Assembly: GCF_009914755.1 (NCBI RefSeq)
Contig: NC_060945.1
DNA from: the human T2T-CHM13v2.0 reference genome, Homo sapiens
Length of the DNA stretch: 64,000 bases
Direction: 5' to 3' (one strand)
In this document: one piece after another, positions 32,390-45,087 of the stretch
How positions within the stretch are numbered: the first letter of the stretch is position 1
How the letters are laid out: every line of letters starts with the position of its first letter
Notes under the pieces: generated by a model
Told to the model about the DNA's origin: nothing
Databases searched by the model: none
The model's input: only the letters and a program-made list of their open reading frames with translations
Made by a program: the position numbers and the translations under genes

Positions 32390-33554
32390 TATCAATTCTA
32401 ATGTCTTACTTTTTATCTCTGATTTTATTTATTTAAGTTGTCTTTCACTTTTCCTCAGAGTCACCAAAGTTTTTGAATATTGTTTATCTTTTAAAAAAGC
32501 AACTGTTTATTTTATCTATATTTTGTGTTTAGTTTTTTGTCTCAATTTGTTTCCTCTTGAATATCATTTATTTTCTTCTAATAATTTGGGGTTTAGTGTG
32601 TTTTTATTTAGTTCTTTGAGGTGCTATGTTAGGTAGTTTATTTGTGATCTGTTTTCCTTCTGATGTAAGTTTTTATTGCAAGAAACTTCCCTCTTAGAAA
32701 TGTGTTTAACTGTGTTCTATAGGTTTTGATATGTTTCATTTCCACTTTCATTTGTCTTAAACATTTTTAAATTTTCCTTTTAATGTCTTTACCCATTGGT
32801 TGTTTGGGAACATTTTGTTTAATTTCTACATATTTGTAAAGTTTCTGTATTTCCTCTGTTATTGATTTTTAGTTTTATACCATTGTGCTCAGTAGAGATA
32901 CTTGATGTAATTTTAATCTTCTTAAATTTCATTTTGTCTCATGGTCAAATATATGGTCAAATATATGATCAAATATATTGTCTCGTGGTCAAATATATAT
33001 CTATATTTGATCTATGTTCTATGTGCAACAGAGAAGGATGTATATTTTGTACCTTTTAGTTGGAATGTTCTGCAAATGTCTGTTAGGCCCATTTCATCTA
33101 GAGTGTAGTTTAAATCTGATGTTATTTTTATAATTTATTTTACTGGATAATCTGTCCATTGTTGTAAGTGAGATGTTGAAATTCCCTACTATTTTAGTAT
33201 CATAGTCAATTTCTCTCTTTAGCTCTATGAATATTTTCTTTATATATTTAGGTGCTCCAATGATAGGTGCATATATATTTACAATTGTTATACTCTCTTG
33301 CTGATTTGACCTCTTTATCATTATGTCATGAACTTCATTTCTGCTTCTTTTGTAAAATCCAAAGTCTATTTTACCTGATATAAGTACAGCTACTCTCACT
33401 GTGTTGTGGCTTCCATTTGTATGAAATATTTCTTTCTATCCCTTCACTTTTAGTCTATTTGTGTCTTGTAGGCAGCATATCATTGGGTCTTTTAAAAATC
33501 CATTGATCCACTCTTTTTATTTTTATTTTTTCATGATCTTCATTGGTTTATCAT

Positions 33555-33710
33555 TTTAGGGATGGGTTCCTTCTGTGTTAGGCTGGAGGGCAGTGGCTAT
33601 TCACAGGCACAATCACTTCACACTACAGCTTTGTACCCCTGGCCTCAAGCAATCCTCCCACTTCAGCTTCCTGAGTATTTGTGACTACAGGGACATGCAA
33701 AACACTGGGT
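33555..33710 (-). mobile_element. FAM (fossil Alu monomer)
   Basis: Retains the 7SL-derived gcagtggctattcacaggc segment that FLAM and dimeric Alu lack. Confidence 0.85.
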
Positions 33711-36700
33711 TTTATTCCTCTTAATAGTACAGTTTAATCCATTAATATGCAAGATGATTATTGATAGGTACAGATGTATTACTGCCATTTTAAAAATTTT
33801 CAAATTGTTTTATAGATTCTTTCTTTTTACCTGTCCTCTTGTGTGGTTAAATAATTTTCTCTAGTAGTGTGTTTTGATTTTTTAATTTTTATTCTTAATG
33901 TACCTATTAAAGGTTTTTGCTTTGTGGATACCATGAAGCTAACAAATAACATCTCATAGATATAACAGCTTAAAATAACTTGTTATATATATGAGATGTT
34001 ATTAACTCTGACCTTAATGTTTTAAGAAAAGGACTCTACAATTTGACCTCACTGCCTCCAATATTTTGAATTTTTATGTCACAATTTGCATATTTTAATG
34101 TTGCATATTTCTTAAATTATTTTAATTTTTACTATTTCTAATATTTTTGTATTTTAATCTTTATATTAGAGATATAAATGATTCATACACAATCATTGCA
34201 GTATTAGAGTATTCTTTATTTGACTCTGCACCTATTTTTATCAGTGAATTTTATACTTTCAAAATATTTGTGTGTGTGTGTGTGTGTATGTGTGACTCAT
34301 TAGCATCCTTTTCTTTCAGCTTGAAGAACTTCCTTTACCATTGTTTATAAGACAGATTTGGAGTTAAAAAACAAATAAAACTCCCTCAGCTTTTGTTTGT
34401 CTGGAAAAATGTTTATATCTCCTTCACATCTGAAAGATGGATTTGCTGACTACAGTATTCTTGGCTGGCAGTTTGGTTGCTTTTTTCCTTTAGCACTTTG
34501 AATATATCAACCCACCAACCTCCTGGCTGGTAAGGTTTCTGCTAAGAAATCCACTGATAGTTATATTGGCACTCTTTTGTATATGATGTGTTTCTTACCT
34601 CTTGGCTGCTTTCAGAATTTTTTCTTTGTCTCTTTTTTTTTTGATAATTTGATTATTTTATGTTTTGTTGTATTTCTCTCAGGGTTTAATTTTCTTGGAG
34701 ACCTCTATGCATCCCATATATGTGTGTTGGTATCTATCACAGGTTAATGCAGTTTTCAGCCATTATTCCTTTAAATGTGCTTACTGGACCTTTTCCTTTG
34801 TCTTCTTCTGTTGATTCTATTATAAAAACATTCAATCTCTTACATGTGTCCTATAATTCCCATAGATTTTCTTCATTCTTATTTATTCTTTTGTCTTTTT
34901 ATCCTCTGACTGGATACTTTAAAATTTGCCTTTCTGCTTACTGATTCTTTCTTTCTACTTGATAAGTTCTTCTGTTAAAATTTTCTATTACATTTTTTAT
35001 TGCAGTCATTGTATTATTCATTTCTAGGATTTCTACTGATCTTCTCATTTTTTTCAAATACTGGTTTCCAAACTTCATTAAATTTTCCATCTGTATATTT
35101 TTAAATTTTACTGAACTTCCTTATGAATATTATTCTGTATTATTGATCAGTCTTTGCATAGATCTCTATTTATTTGGGATTCATTATTTGAGCTTTATTT
35201 ATTTCTTTTTGAGAAATTATACTTCCCTGATTTTCCATAATCTTTGTATTCTTATGTTGTGACCTTCATATGTGAGGTGACAAGTCCCTTTTTGGTCCTG
35301 CACAGATATATTAGCAGACATAGAGCTATTTAGTCTAGGCTGTGGTCCTGGAAGGTTCAGCTGGTGATGATCCTGGAGAGGCAGAGTATGTTATAAGTTA
35401 TCCAGTTGGCTGGGTCACTGCCTTTGCTTTGATATTGAATGGGGTTACTAACTGGGTTCTGCTGACCAGTGAGACCATTGGTTGGACTCTGCTGTTAGGT
35501 GGTATGCTGGCTCATACTTCAATGGCTTCTGGTTAGACCCGGCAACATATATATTCCCTGGATGGGCAGTTTTGCTATTTGAAATCTGCACTTGAGCAGG
35601 GCTGAAAGTTGGACTCTAAGATTAGGTGGAGTCACTACTCTGAACAGGCAGGAGCTTAGGCTGTGCTCCTTAGAAACACACAATTTGAGATTGCCTCCTT
35701 GTCTGGGTGGAGCTGTGGAGTGGGCTTTTGGCTTAGTTCAGTGGCTGTTTGACTTCCCAGATCAAGCAGGACTGGCCTCTAAGTTTCTTCAAAATGTACA
35801 GAAATGGGAGTCTCTCTGCCTGGTTGGGATTGTTTTGTGGGCTATTTGTCGTCCCTACTTGCCTTCCTGGCTCGAGCCAGTCTGGCTTCTTTGCTTCTCT
35901 AAAATCTGCAAAGATGGGAATCTGTCTGCCTGGGCGGGGTCATTGGCCAGGCTTTTTGGCCATGTGGCACCTCTGATTACCTTCCCACATCAAGCATGTG
36001 TAGCTCCTTCACATCTCTGAGATCTGTGAAGACATGAGTCTTCCTGATTGGACAGGTTTGTTGTTGGTTCTGGAGTTGGCTGGGGAGACTAGCTGTCTAA
36101 GGGCTCACTGTATGTGAGCTAGATTGTGTTTCCTACTGTGCTTTTAAAGGTGACAAGCTTAGCTCTGTGAGTGAGCTAAGAGGTTGATTGATGCCTCTGA
36201 CCAAGTGCTACAGCTTGCAGGATGCAGTGGTAACACCAAAATCCTTGTCATTTGCTTTGTTTTACTCCTGGGTGGTCAAGCCATGCCATTTCTCTTAGTA
36301 TTCCTCATTAAGTGAGACCACAGTGGACTTCCTGAGAAGTTTTTTAGAATGGTAGTGAAGTCAGATAACTGTTTCAAGTTCGTTTTTCCCCTCATAGAAA
36401 CTGTGAGTCCAGGAAAATCTTTATCTGGTGCTATGCTACTTTGGTAGAAGGGGAGGTGGGGGTGCAGTCAGAATGAGACCATTCCTCTTAGCCATCAAAT
36501 TTAGATTTTGTTTACTTCTGCACACCACACAGGTGTCTCAGGCTTGTTTCCAGATGCTGAGGTTTTCAAAAGGATGTTCTGTCTGTAGATAGTCGCTAGT
36601 TGAAAGTTCTGTTGGAGCAATGGGGGTCAAGGTTTTTTCTTTGCCACATTGCTGACATCCTTAAGTTTGAATTAATAATGATTTTATTTTAATGTCAACT

Positions 36701-37334
36701 GAATAACTGATATTTATTTTTTAAAATATTTTTTAAGAAAACATCTGAAATCACAAGCAGGTTCATCATGAAAATATAAAAAAAAATTATTGTTAGTCAT
36801 GATCTATGAAAGAAGCAAAATATCATTTTTTTCCAAGTATTTATGATTGCTGTCTTTAAGGTTTTTTTTTCTATTATTCATAGTGATGATAGTTTTGACC
36901 CAAATATGATTTCAAGTCTTATTTGTAAATATTTTAAGGCACAACCAGGCCTGAATGTATTTTCTACTGCCCAATATAGAAGCAAATTTTGATTAAATCT
37001 AAAAACTTTTAATAATGCTGGAAATGATTATATGCCTTGCATGTAGGAATTTATTATATGCTATGTAATCAGTATATTGGAACCCTCATTCAAATAATTA
37101 TGCAAAACTGAACTTTATTTAAATAAATAAATAAGTAAACTTTTAAGGTGAGGTTTCACTTAGTTCCAGAATTATACTTACTGAAATATTACTATATTTT
37201 AAAATTTGCTATATATTATAATATTACTTATACTGATGATACTGATGGTTATGAAAATAAATAAAATATATTTATGGATATGTCAGTGTGACTCCAGTGA
37301 TTTATAGTTGTGTTTGTGTTTTTTTTTTCTAAAG

Positions 37335-37390
37335 GATTTGAACAACTTGCAAATACACCATGCTGGACACACTAAGATAAGCAAAATCAA
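37335..37390 (+). other. Candidate exon (56 nt)
   Basis: gtgttttttttttctaaag acceptor and CAA|GTAAGA donor in unique sequence. Confidence 0.35.
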
Positions 37391-37624
37391 GTAAGACCAT
37401 ATGCAAAATTGTATAATTTTTAATTGCGAAGTTTATTGCATTTAAAGCACTGAAATAACTTTTTAAAAAACATTTTATTTCACATACTTTTTCATATTCT
37501 TATTAAAAACATGATCTATTCATTTCAAACAGACTTATCCTGAAACTGAATATATAGACGTACTTTATCTGGAGAGACTCTTGCAAGTGATATTGAGCAC
37601 TATGGTAAAATAACTTTCCAATAT

Positions 37625-39830
37625 TTTATGTAATTTTAATTGAAGGAGGATATACATACAAAAACTTTAAAGAAGTTATTGCAAATGTACAAATTGATGG
37701 ATTTTCATTAAATGAATTATCCTTATAGCCATCAGCTATATCAAGAAATAAAGCATCACTAGCCCCCAGAAGCTACCCTCAGCTTCCCTCCAAGTCACTA
37801 AAATTCTCCAAGTTGATAATCTTTCTGATGTTCAACACTAAATACTTTGTATATTTGTGTATAGTGTGCAAGATGGAATTTTACTGTATAGATTATTTTG
37901 CATCTGGCATTTTTTATTTAGTGAGATATCCAGTCAATATTAATTTTCATCATTGTTATGAAATATTTTATTATATGAAAATACAAAAATAGTGTGGGTG
38001 TGTGTTTGTGATCTACTACAAATGTGTAGTTTTCAGGGTTTTTTGGCTATTGTCTAACAACATTGGCTATTGTCTTTTTTATTTTATTTATTCTAGTGTT
38101 TGTGTACTAAAATTTAATCGTGATTTTATCTTGAAGGTCTCTGTTGACTAATGAGGTAGAGCATGTTTTCCTGTGTTTTAGCTGATCCACTTTGTAGGCA
38201 CCTTTTCCAGTGTTTGCATTTTTGATCTCTTGAATTGTCTGACTGTTATGGGTTGAATTGTGTTCCTCAAAAATTCATGTGTTGAGTTCCTAGCACCCAG
38301 AACCTCAGAAAGTGACTTTCTTTGAAAGTAAGGTCATTGCAGATGTAGTTAGGTAAAATGAGGTCATACTGAAGTAGGGTGGGCTCTAATATAATATACT
38401 TGATGCTTTTATTGAAAGGGAAAATTTAATTTCTGATACACAGACACATAGCGAGAATACCATGTGAAGATTAAAGAAGACATTGAGATGCCTTAGCAGA
38501 AGTCAACAAATGCCAAACATTGCCAGCCCACCACCGGTAGCTAGGAAAAAGACATGAAACTGATTTTTTTCCTCATAGCCTTTAGAAGGAACAACCTTGT
38601 GACACATTGATCTTGGATTTCTAACCTCCAAAACTGTGAGACAATACATTTCTGTTGTTTAAGCCACTCTGTGGTTATTTGTTGCAGTTGTAGCAAACTG
38701 GTGGACTGTCGTTTATTGATTTGTAAGAATATTGTATATATTCTGGATATGAGTTATTTGTCAGTAATATAAACTGTAAATTAGTCTGTGATTTGTCTAT
38801 TCATTCTTTTAATGGTGCCTTTTGATGAATAAAAGTCATTAAGATTAATGTAGGTTAAACGTTCATATTTTACTACATGGCTTATATATTTTTGTCCTGC
38901 CTAAAAAATATTTGCTCACTCCTAGATCATAAAGATCGAAATATATTTTCTTCTAGAAAATAGTATTTGTCTTTTATATTTAAGTCTACAATGCACTGAG
39001 AATTGAGTTTTGTAAATACAATGATGTAAGAGTCACGATTTATATTTTTGGTATTTAATTGGCTCAGTATCAAAAATAAATTCTTCCCCATTTCAATATA
39101 TATCACATTTTTATGTGACTCCGTAAGTCACATAAAAGACTCCATAAGCCTTTTTCTGGCATTTTATCATATTCTTCTTGTCTAGGTGTCTATTTCTGAG
39201 TTAATTGTATATTATCATATTTATTATATATGTATATTTTATAATTATATCTGAAAATAAAAGTTCTTCAGCTTCTTTAATACTTCTGCAAGATTTCTCA
39301 AACTATTATTGGCTCTATTTTTCATATAAGTTTCAAAAACAACTTATCAAGTTTTGCCAAGAAACCTGCTGGGATTTTTGTTGGAGTTGCATCAAATCAA
39401 TATATTAATTAGGAGAGATTACATGTTCACAATACTGACTTTTCCCAACCTTGAACCTTGAATAGTGTACTTGTTTAGAGAGTCTTTAACTGACAGTTTT
39501 TACATTTTGTAGTTCGTATTGGAAGGTTATTGCTCGTCTTCTGTTAGATATGTTACTATGTATTTTATCTTTCTAATGCTATTGGAAACATTTCATTTTT
39601 ATCTTCTATTTTCTATGTTTTTCCTTATAGTGAGAATTACATTGAATTTTTGCCCTTGCTAAATTTCCTTACTAATTATTATGTATCTATAATTTTGAAA
39701 AATCCTATATATGCTATATGTAGAAGGAGCAGTTTTATTTATTGCCTTCCAATCCTAATGCCACTGTCTTTTTAAAAATGTCTTTTATTATCACACGATG
39801 ACTTCCAGTACCATGTTGATAGACCACAAA
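37625..39830 (-). mobile_element. Ancient L1M (ME/MD-like) fragment, split by MLT1C
   Basis: Degenerate L1 3'UTR/ORF2 antisense motifs (tatattctggatatgag, gggatttttgttggagttgcat). Confidence 0.7.
38244..38702 (+). mobile_element. MLT1C LTR
   Basis: tgttatgggttgaattgtgt...tgagacaatacatttctgttgtttaagccac. Confidence 0.88.
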
Positions 39831-40169
39831 ATAGTTTTCAAAATCCATAAAATTTTCTCAGATTAAAAATGCATGTAAAATTTTTTTAGTAAACATTCTG
39901 TCATTTGCTTTCATTCACAGTGCAGTCATTTAAAATAGTATACCTAGTAACCTTGGCTCTTCACTCCCCAATCATTCTGCAACTGAACACATACTGACTT
40001 CCTCTATCCTATTTCAGTGACACTATAAATGCTACCTGCCACTCTCTAATTTGCACTCTATTGTATAATTTTCATTTCAATTCTGTATTGTATCTGTAAT
40101 CCTTTTGGAAGTTTTTGTTTATTGCCTTGTATGAAGCCACTCATAGTGTTTTTTGACATTAGTTTTTAT

Positions 40170-40365
40170 AACAGGAGTTTTGGAGTCAGGAAAGGCTTAT
40201 ATTTGTGTCTATAAGGAGTTTCTTATTTAACCCTTTCAAATTCTCTAATTCTTTAATACTTTTATCTTCTAATATATACTTACAAGACTTTTGTAGGAAA
40301 GAAATACATGTAAAGTGCCTAGTACATGGCCAGGCACATGACAAAGGGACAATAAATTATAGTTC
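40170..40365 (+). mobile_element. MIR
   Basis: ttttggagtcag...catgtaaagtgcctagtaca..ggcacat..caataaat. Confidence 0.6.
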
Positions 40366-40928
40366 TTTGGCATATCTATGTCTATCCTTGTGCTCCTCAA
40401 AATTAGGTTTTCCTGCAGGTTTTCTTTTAGAAATTTGTTCTTCTCATTCTAATCGCCTATCTTGAGTAATATCTTATTGTTGCCTTTTAAAATTCAGCTT
40501 AAGCTTTATCCCCTTTATTCTTCCTGAGCAAATCTAACATATTTTCTTCTGTCATGTTTTCATAGTATTCTCACTTATCACTTGCTATGCTTTACATTCT
40601 AATAACATATGCTTATTTCCTCAAACTTGAATGCGAGTTTTTTATTTGAAAGAAAAATTGTGTTTCATTTCTATAATGAAAATCTTGAGACTTGAGCTTT
40701 CATAAAGTCATTTAATCTTCCATTTGCAGATACATTTTTTTCAGAGTATCACTAATATATGTGGCTGCTTAAATTCATTGCAAGGATTTTATTATTATCA
40801 TTCAGGTAAATTATATGATGAAAGTATATTGGGGGTAAGATAATTATCCAGAAAAGTATAAAGGCAGAATAATATACACACATTAATATAGGCTTACCAT
40901 TTATGTCCTATTTCCTACTCCATTCTCC

Positions 40929-41282
40929 CTTCCTTCCTTCCTTCCTTCCTTCCTTCCTTTCTTTCTCTTTCCTTCTTTTCTTTTTTTTTTTTTTTTTCTG
41001 AGACAGAGCCTTGCTCTGTTGCCCAGGCTGGAGTACGGTGGTCCAATCTAGGCTCACTGCAAGCTCTGCCTCCCAGATTCAAGCAATTCTCCCTTCCTCA
41101 GCCTCCTCAGTAGCTGGAATTACAGGCTCCCGCCACCACACCTGGCTAATTTTTCTATTTTTAGTAGAGAAGGGGTTTCGCCACATTGGCCGGGCTGGTC
41201 TCAAACTCCTGACCTCAGGTGATCCATCCACCTTGGCTTCCCAAAGTGCTGGTATTACAGGCATGATCCACTGCACCCGGCC
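40929..41282 (-). mobile_element. AluS (Sx-like) with (CCTT)n grown from its tail
   Basis: TSD tccattctcc at 40919-28 and 41283-92. Confidence 0.93.
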
Positions 41283-41419
41283 TCCATTCTCCATTTCTAA
41301 CCAGATTCTTTCCAAATTTGATTTTTCAAACAATGCCACATTGAATTTGTGCCTCCTTATAGAATACTTGATAGGGGTAGGAAATGAGCACTTCAAATTT
41401 TACCAATTTTACCATTTTA

Positions 41420-41621
41420 TCAAGCGATTCTCCTGCCTCAGCCTCCCGAGTAGCTGGGATTACAGGTGTGCACCAGCACACCGGGCTAATTTTGTATTTT
41501 TAATAGAGACGGGGTTTCTCCATGTCGGTCAGGGTGATCTCCAACTCCCGACTTCAGGTGATCCACCCGCCTTGGCCTCCCAAAGTGCTGGGATTACAGG
41601 CATGAGCCACCGCCCCCAGCC
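41420..41621 (-). mobile_element. AluSp-like, 3'-truncated (no tail)
   Basis: Begins abruptly at tcaagcgattctcc; ggtttctccatgtcggtcagg..ctcccgac. Confidence 0.92.
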
Positions 41622-41664
41622 GTCATTTGTTATATGTAAATATCTGTTTCCAGTTTTTTAAAAT

Positions 41665-43384
41665 TTTTTTAACATTAATTATTATTCTGGTTCATTTTTA
41701 ATTGTTGTGGGTACATAGTAGGTGCATATATTTATGTAGTGCATGCCATATTTTGATACCGGTATAAAATAGATAATAATCACCGCAGGGTAAATGGGGT
41801 ATCCATTGCCTCGAGCATTTATTTTTTCTTTGTGTTACAAAAAACTCTAATTATACTCTTTTATTTTAGAATGCACAATAAATTATTGTTGACTGTAGTT
41901 ACCTTGTTATGCTATCAAATCTAGATCTCATTCATTCTATCTAACTATATTTTTGTACCCATTTACTGTTCCCACTCTCGTGCAGCTCTCCTCTACCCTT
42001 CGCTACTCTTCCCCAGCCTCTGGTAACCATCATTCTACTCTCTGACTCCACGAGTTCAATTGTTTTAAATTTTAGCTCCTACAAATAGGTAAGAACATGT
42101 GAAGTTTGTCTTTCTGTGACTGGCTTATTCCACTTAACATAATTTGCAGTTCCATCCGTGTTGTTGCACATGACAGGATCTCATCTTTTTATTATTATGG
42201 CTGAATAGTACTCCATTGTGTGTACGATCACATTTTCTTTATCTATTCATCTGTTGATGGACACTTAGCTTGCCTCCAAATCTTAGCTATTGTGAATGGT
42301 GCTGCGGTAAACATGGAAATGAAGATATCTGTTTGATATACTGATTTTCTTCCCTTGGGACATATACTTAGCAGTGGGATTCTACATCATATGGTAGTTA
42401 TATTTTTATTTTTTTGATGAACCACCACATTCTTCTTCACAGTGGTTGTACTAACTTACATTCTCATCAACAGTGTATGAGGGTTTCTTTTTCTCCATAT
42501 CCTCACCAGCATTTGTAAATGCCTGTCTTTCGAGTAAAAGCCATTTTAACTGGAATAAGATGATATCTCATTGGAGTTTTGGTTTTTGTTTATTTCTTTG
42601 TTTTGAGACAGGGTTTCACTCTGTAGGGCAGGTTGGAGCATAGTGGAACAATCATGGGCTCCCTTGCAGCCTTGATTTCCTGGGTTCAGATGATTCTCCC
42701 ACTTCAGCCCCACAAGTATCTGGGACTACAGGTGCACACCATCATGCCCCACTAATTATTGTTTTTTTTTTTTTTTTTTTTGTAGAGACAGGGTTTCACC
42801 ATGTTGCTCAGACTGGTCTTGAACTGTTGAGCTCAAGCAATCCACCTGCTTCAGTCTCCCAAAGTGCTGGGATTACAAGTGTGGGCCAGCACATCCAGCC
42901 TCATCGTAGTTTTGATTTGCGTTTCTCTGATGATCAGTGATGTTGAGCACCTTTTCATACACTGTTTGCCATTTGCATGTCTTCTTTTGAGAAATGTATA
43001 TTGATGAAACTAGACCCCTTTCTCTCGCCATATACAAAAACCAAATAAAAATGGAATAAGACTTAAATCTAAAACCTCAAACTATAAAATTACTAAAAGA
43101 AAACTTTAGGGAAACTCTCCAAGGTATTAGAGTGGGCAAATATTTTTCAAATAATATTCCACAAGCACAGGAAATACAAAAATGGACAAATGAGATCACA
43201 TCAAGTTAAAAAGCTACACAGCAAAGGAAATAATCAACAAAGTTAACAGACAACAAACAGAATGGGAGAAAATATTTGCAGACTATTCATCTGACAAGGG
43301 ATTAATACCCAGAATACAAAGGAAGCTAAAATTACTCAATATTAAAAAAATCTAATAATTTGATTAATAAATGGTCAAAAGATT
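41665..43384 (-). mobile_element. L1MA2/3-like with 5' inversion and nested AluJ
   Basis: gtgggtacatagtaggtg 3' end; minus to ~43002, sense ORF2 43003-43384. Confidence 0.87.
42582..42900 (-). mobile_element. AluJ
   Basis: J-type gagacaggg..gcagccttga..gagctcaagcaatcc; degenerate TSD tcattggagttttg/tcatcgtagttttg. Confidence 0.9.
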
Positions 43385-43449
43385 ATTGAGCTTTTGACAT
43401 CACAGGTTTTAAAATTTTAAGAGTCAAATCTAATATTCAAAAACATTTA

Positions 43450-44040
43450 ACAAATTTATCCATTAAGTTTTGAAAACTTTTTGTAGCTTCATATATGAAT
43501 ATATTCATCGAATTAAATGTTTCCTTTCATATTTTAAAACATACTAATTATTTGTTATTGTTGATTCATTGAAATGCTACTACTTTTATATTTTGATACA
43601 ATTACTCTGCTAAATACATCTTAGTTTAAAGATTGATTTTCTTTTAGTTTCTGCATCATTATGAGATTTATATTAAAACTTTACCATTTTCTTTTCATTT
43701 TCTACTTTCTGTTACTCAATTGTTTTGTCGTATTTCTTCAGGTAAGACTTCCAGTATCCTGTAGATTATTAGTTACATTAGTGGGCAAGCTAGCACTTTG
43801 CGTATAGTAGGAAAATGACTGCATTTCCCTTCTTTAAGGATGATTTTGCTTGGATTTTTGAGAAGTTTATCAAGCTGCTATAATCTATCACATTTGGTAC
43901 GTTTTTCTTAGATGCGTTTTCTGGATCTACTGAGAGTTTTTCTTTTTTTTTTCCTATAATCAATTAATGTGGAGATTTTAAATGATAACTTAAAAATATT
44001 AACCTATTTTGCATTCCTAGGGTAAATTGTACTAGTGTAA
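43450..44040 (-). mobile_element. Very old L1M ORF2 remnant
   Basis: Scattered antisense motifs (aagacttccagta, ttgcattcctagggtaaa). Confidence 0.45.
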
Positions 44041-44258
44041 GCTTTAAATTTTTATTTTGTAAATAATACATAGTTTTCTATATAACAAATAAGACTATCT
44101 CTATCCCGTCTATTTCCCTAAAATTAGATTTTAATAATATGTGGAACATGTACATTGTCAGGGGAAAAGTTTAGACTATAGATTTGGTTTTTGAAAGGCT
44201 ATTTTTTTGTTGGAATTTTTTTTTATTATTCATAAATCACTCTTATACTCTTAATAAT

Positions 44259-44792
44259 TGTATTAGTTTGCTGCAGCTGCATAACAAATTACCAGAAACT
44301 TACTAGGTTAAAACATCACACATTTTCTTATCTTACAGCTTCCATCAACCAGGAGTCTGTATATGCTTTACCTGGTTCCTCTGCTCAGGGTGTCCAAAGG
44401 CTGTGGTCAAGGTATGTGCGGAGGCATATTGTCAAAAGAGGTCTAACTGGGGGAAGTTAAGCTTTCAGGTTTCTTGGGTTGGTGGCAAAATTCACTTTCT
44501 TATTGGTGAATAACTTACGGCAGCTTGCTTTTTCAATGCAACTGTAGGATAGAGGATCTTTCACCTTAGGAGGGCTGCAATCCCTCTTTTAAGAACTTTA
44601 ACCTGTTTGAATTGGACCCATCCAATATAATCTCCTCTTGATTAACTCAGAATCCACTGATTTGGGACTTTGGTTACATTTGCAACATTCTCTTGCCTTT
44701 GCCCTATTCTGCTAGCTAGAAGTGACTGCTTCTACTTGACATCAGGGGAGAAGACTTTTCAAAGGTGTGGCTCATTAGGGTATATCCACCAC
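44259..44792 (-). mobile_element. MLT1E-like LTR
   Basis: tgtattagtttgctgcagctgcataacaaattacca...gattaactcagaatccactgatttggga. Confidence 0.75.
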
Positions 44793-45087
44793 AAAATGTG
44801 CCTTTATAAAAATGATTTGTGTAGGATATGTGCATAAGTGTCTCATTTTAATATTTCTAATACAATATATTTAAATATTTTTTCTTTGTTTCTCATCCAT
44901 CTTGCTGCGGTTGATCCATTTTATTAAAAGTTGAAAGACATAGATTATTGCTTTCATTGATATTTGACAGTTTTTACAAGAAAATCATTATATAATTATG
45001 AGAGTGCATCATTTTCCTACTCATATAAAAACAACAGTTTCCTTTGGGACTTAGAAATTACAGATGAGAGATCGGATCTTTTTTAAA

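Noticed and set aside
32934-32998. Short spaced repeats as a CRISPR-like array
   Set aside because: No unique spacers, eukaryotic L1 context; simple slippage
35342-36020. ORFs of 64-142 aa in a GC-richer block
   Set aside because: Lie in the inferred L1MA 5'UTR, have non-ATG starts and no domain
38043-38075. 13-bp direct repeat ttggctattgtct
   Set aside because: Ordinary micro-duplication in a decayed L1
41011-41661. 216-aa ORF
   Set aside because: Antisense Alu-spacer-Alu read-through with a non-ATG start; typical Alu-derived translation
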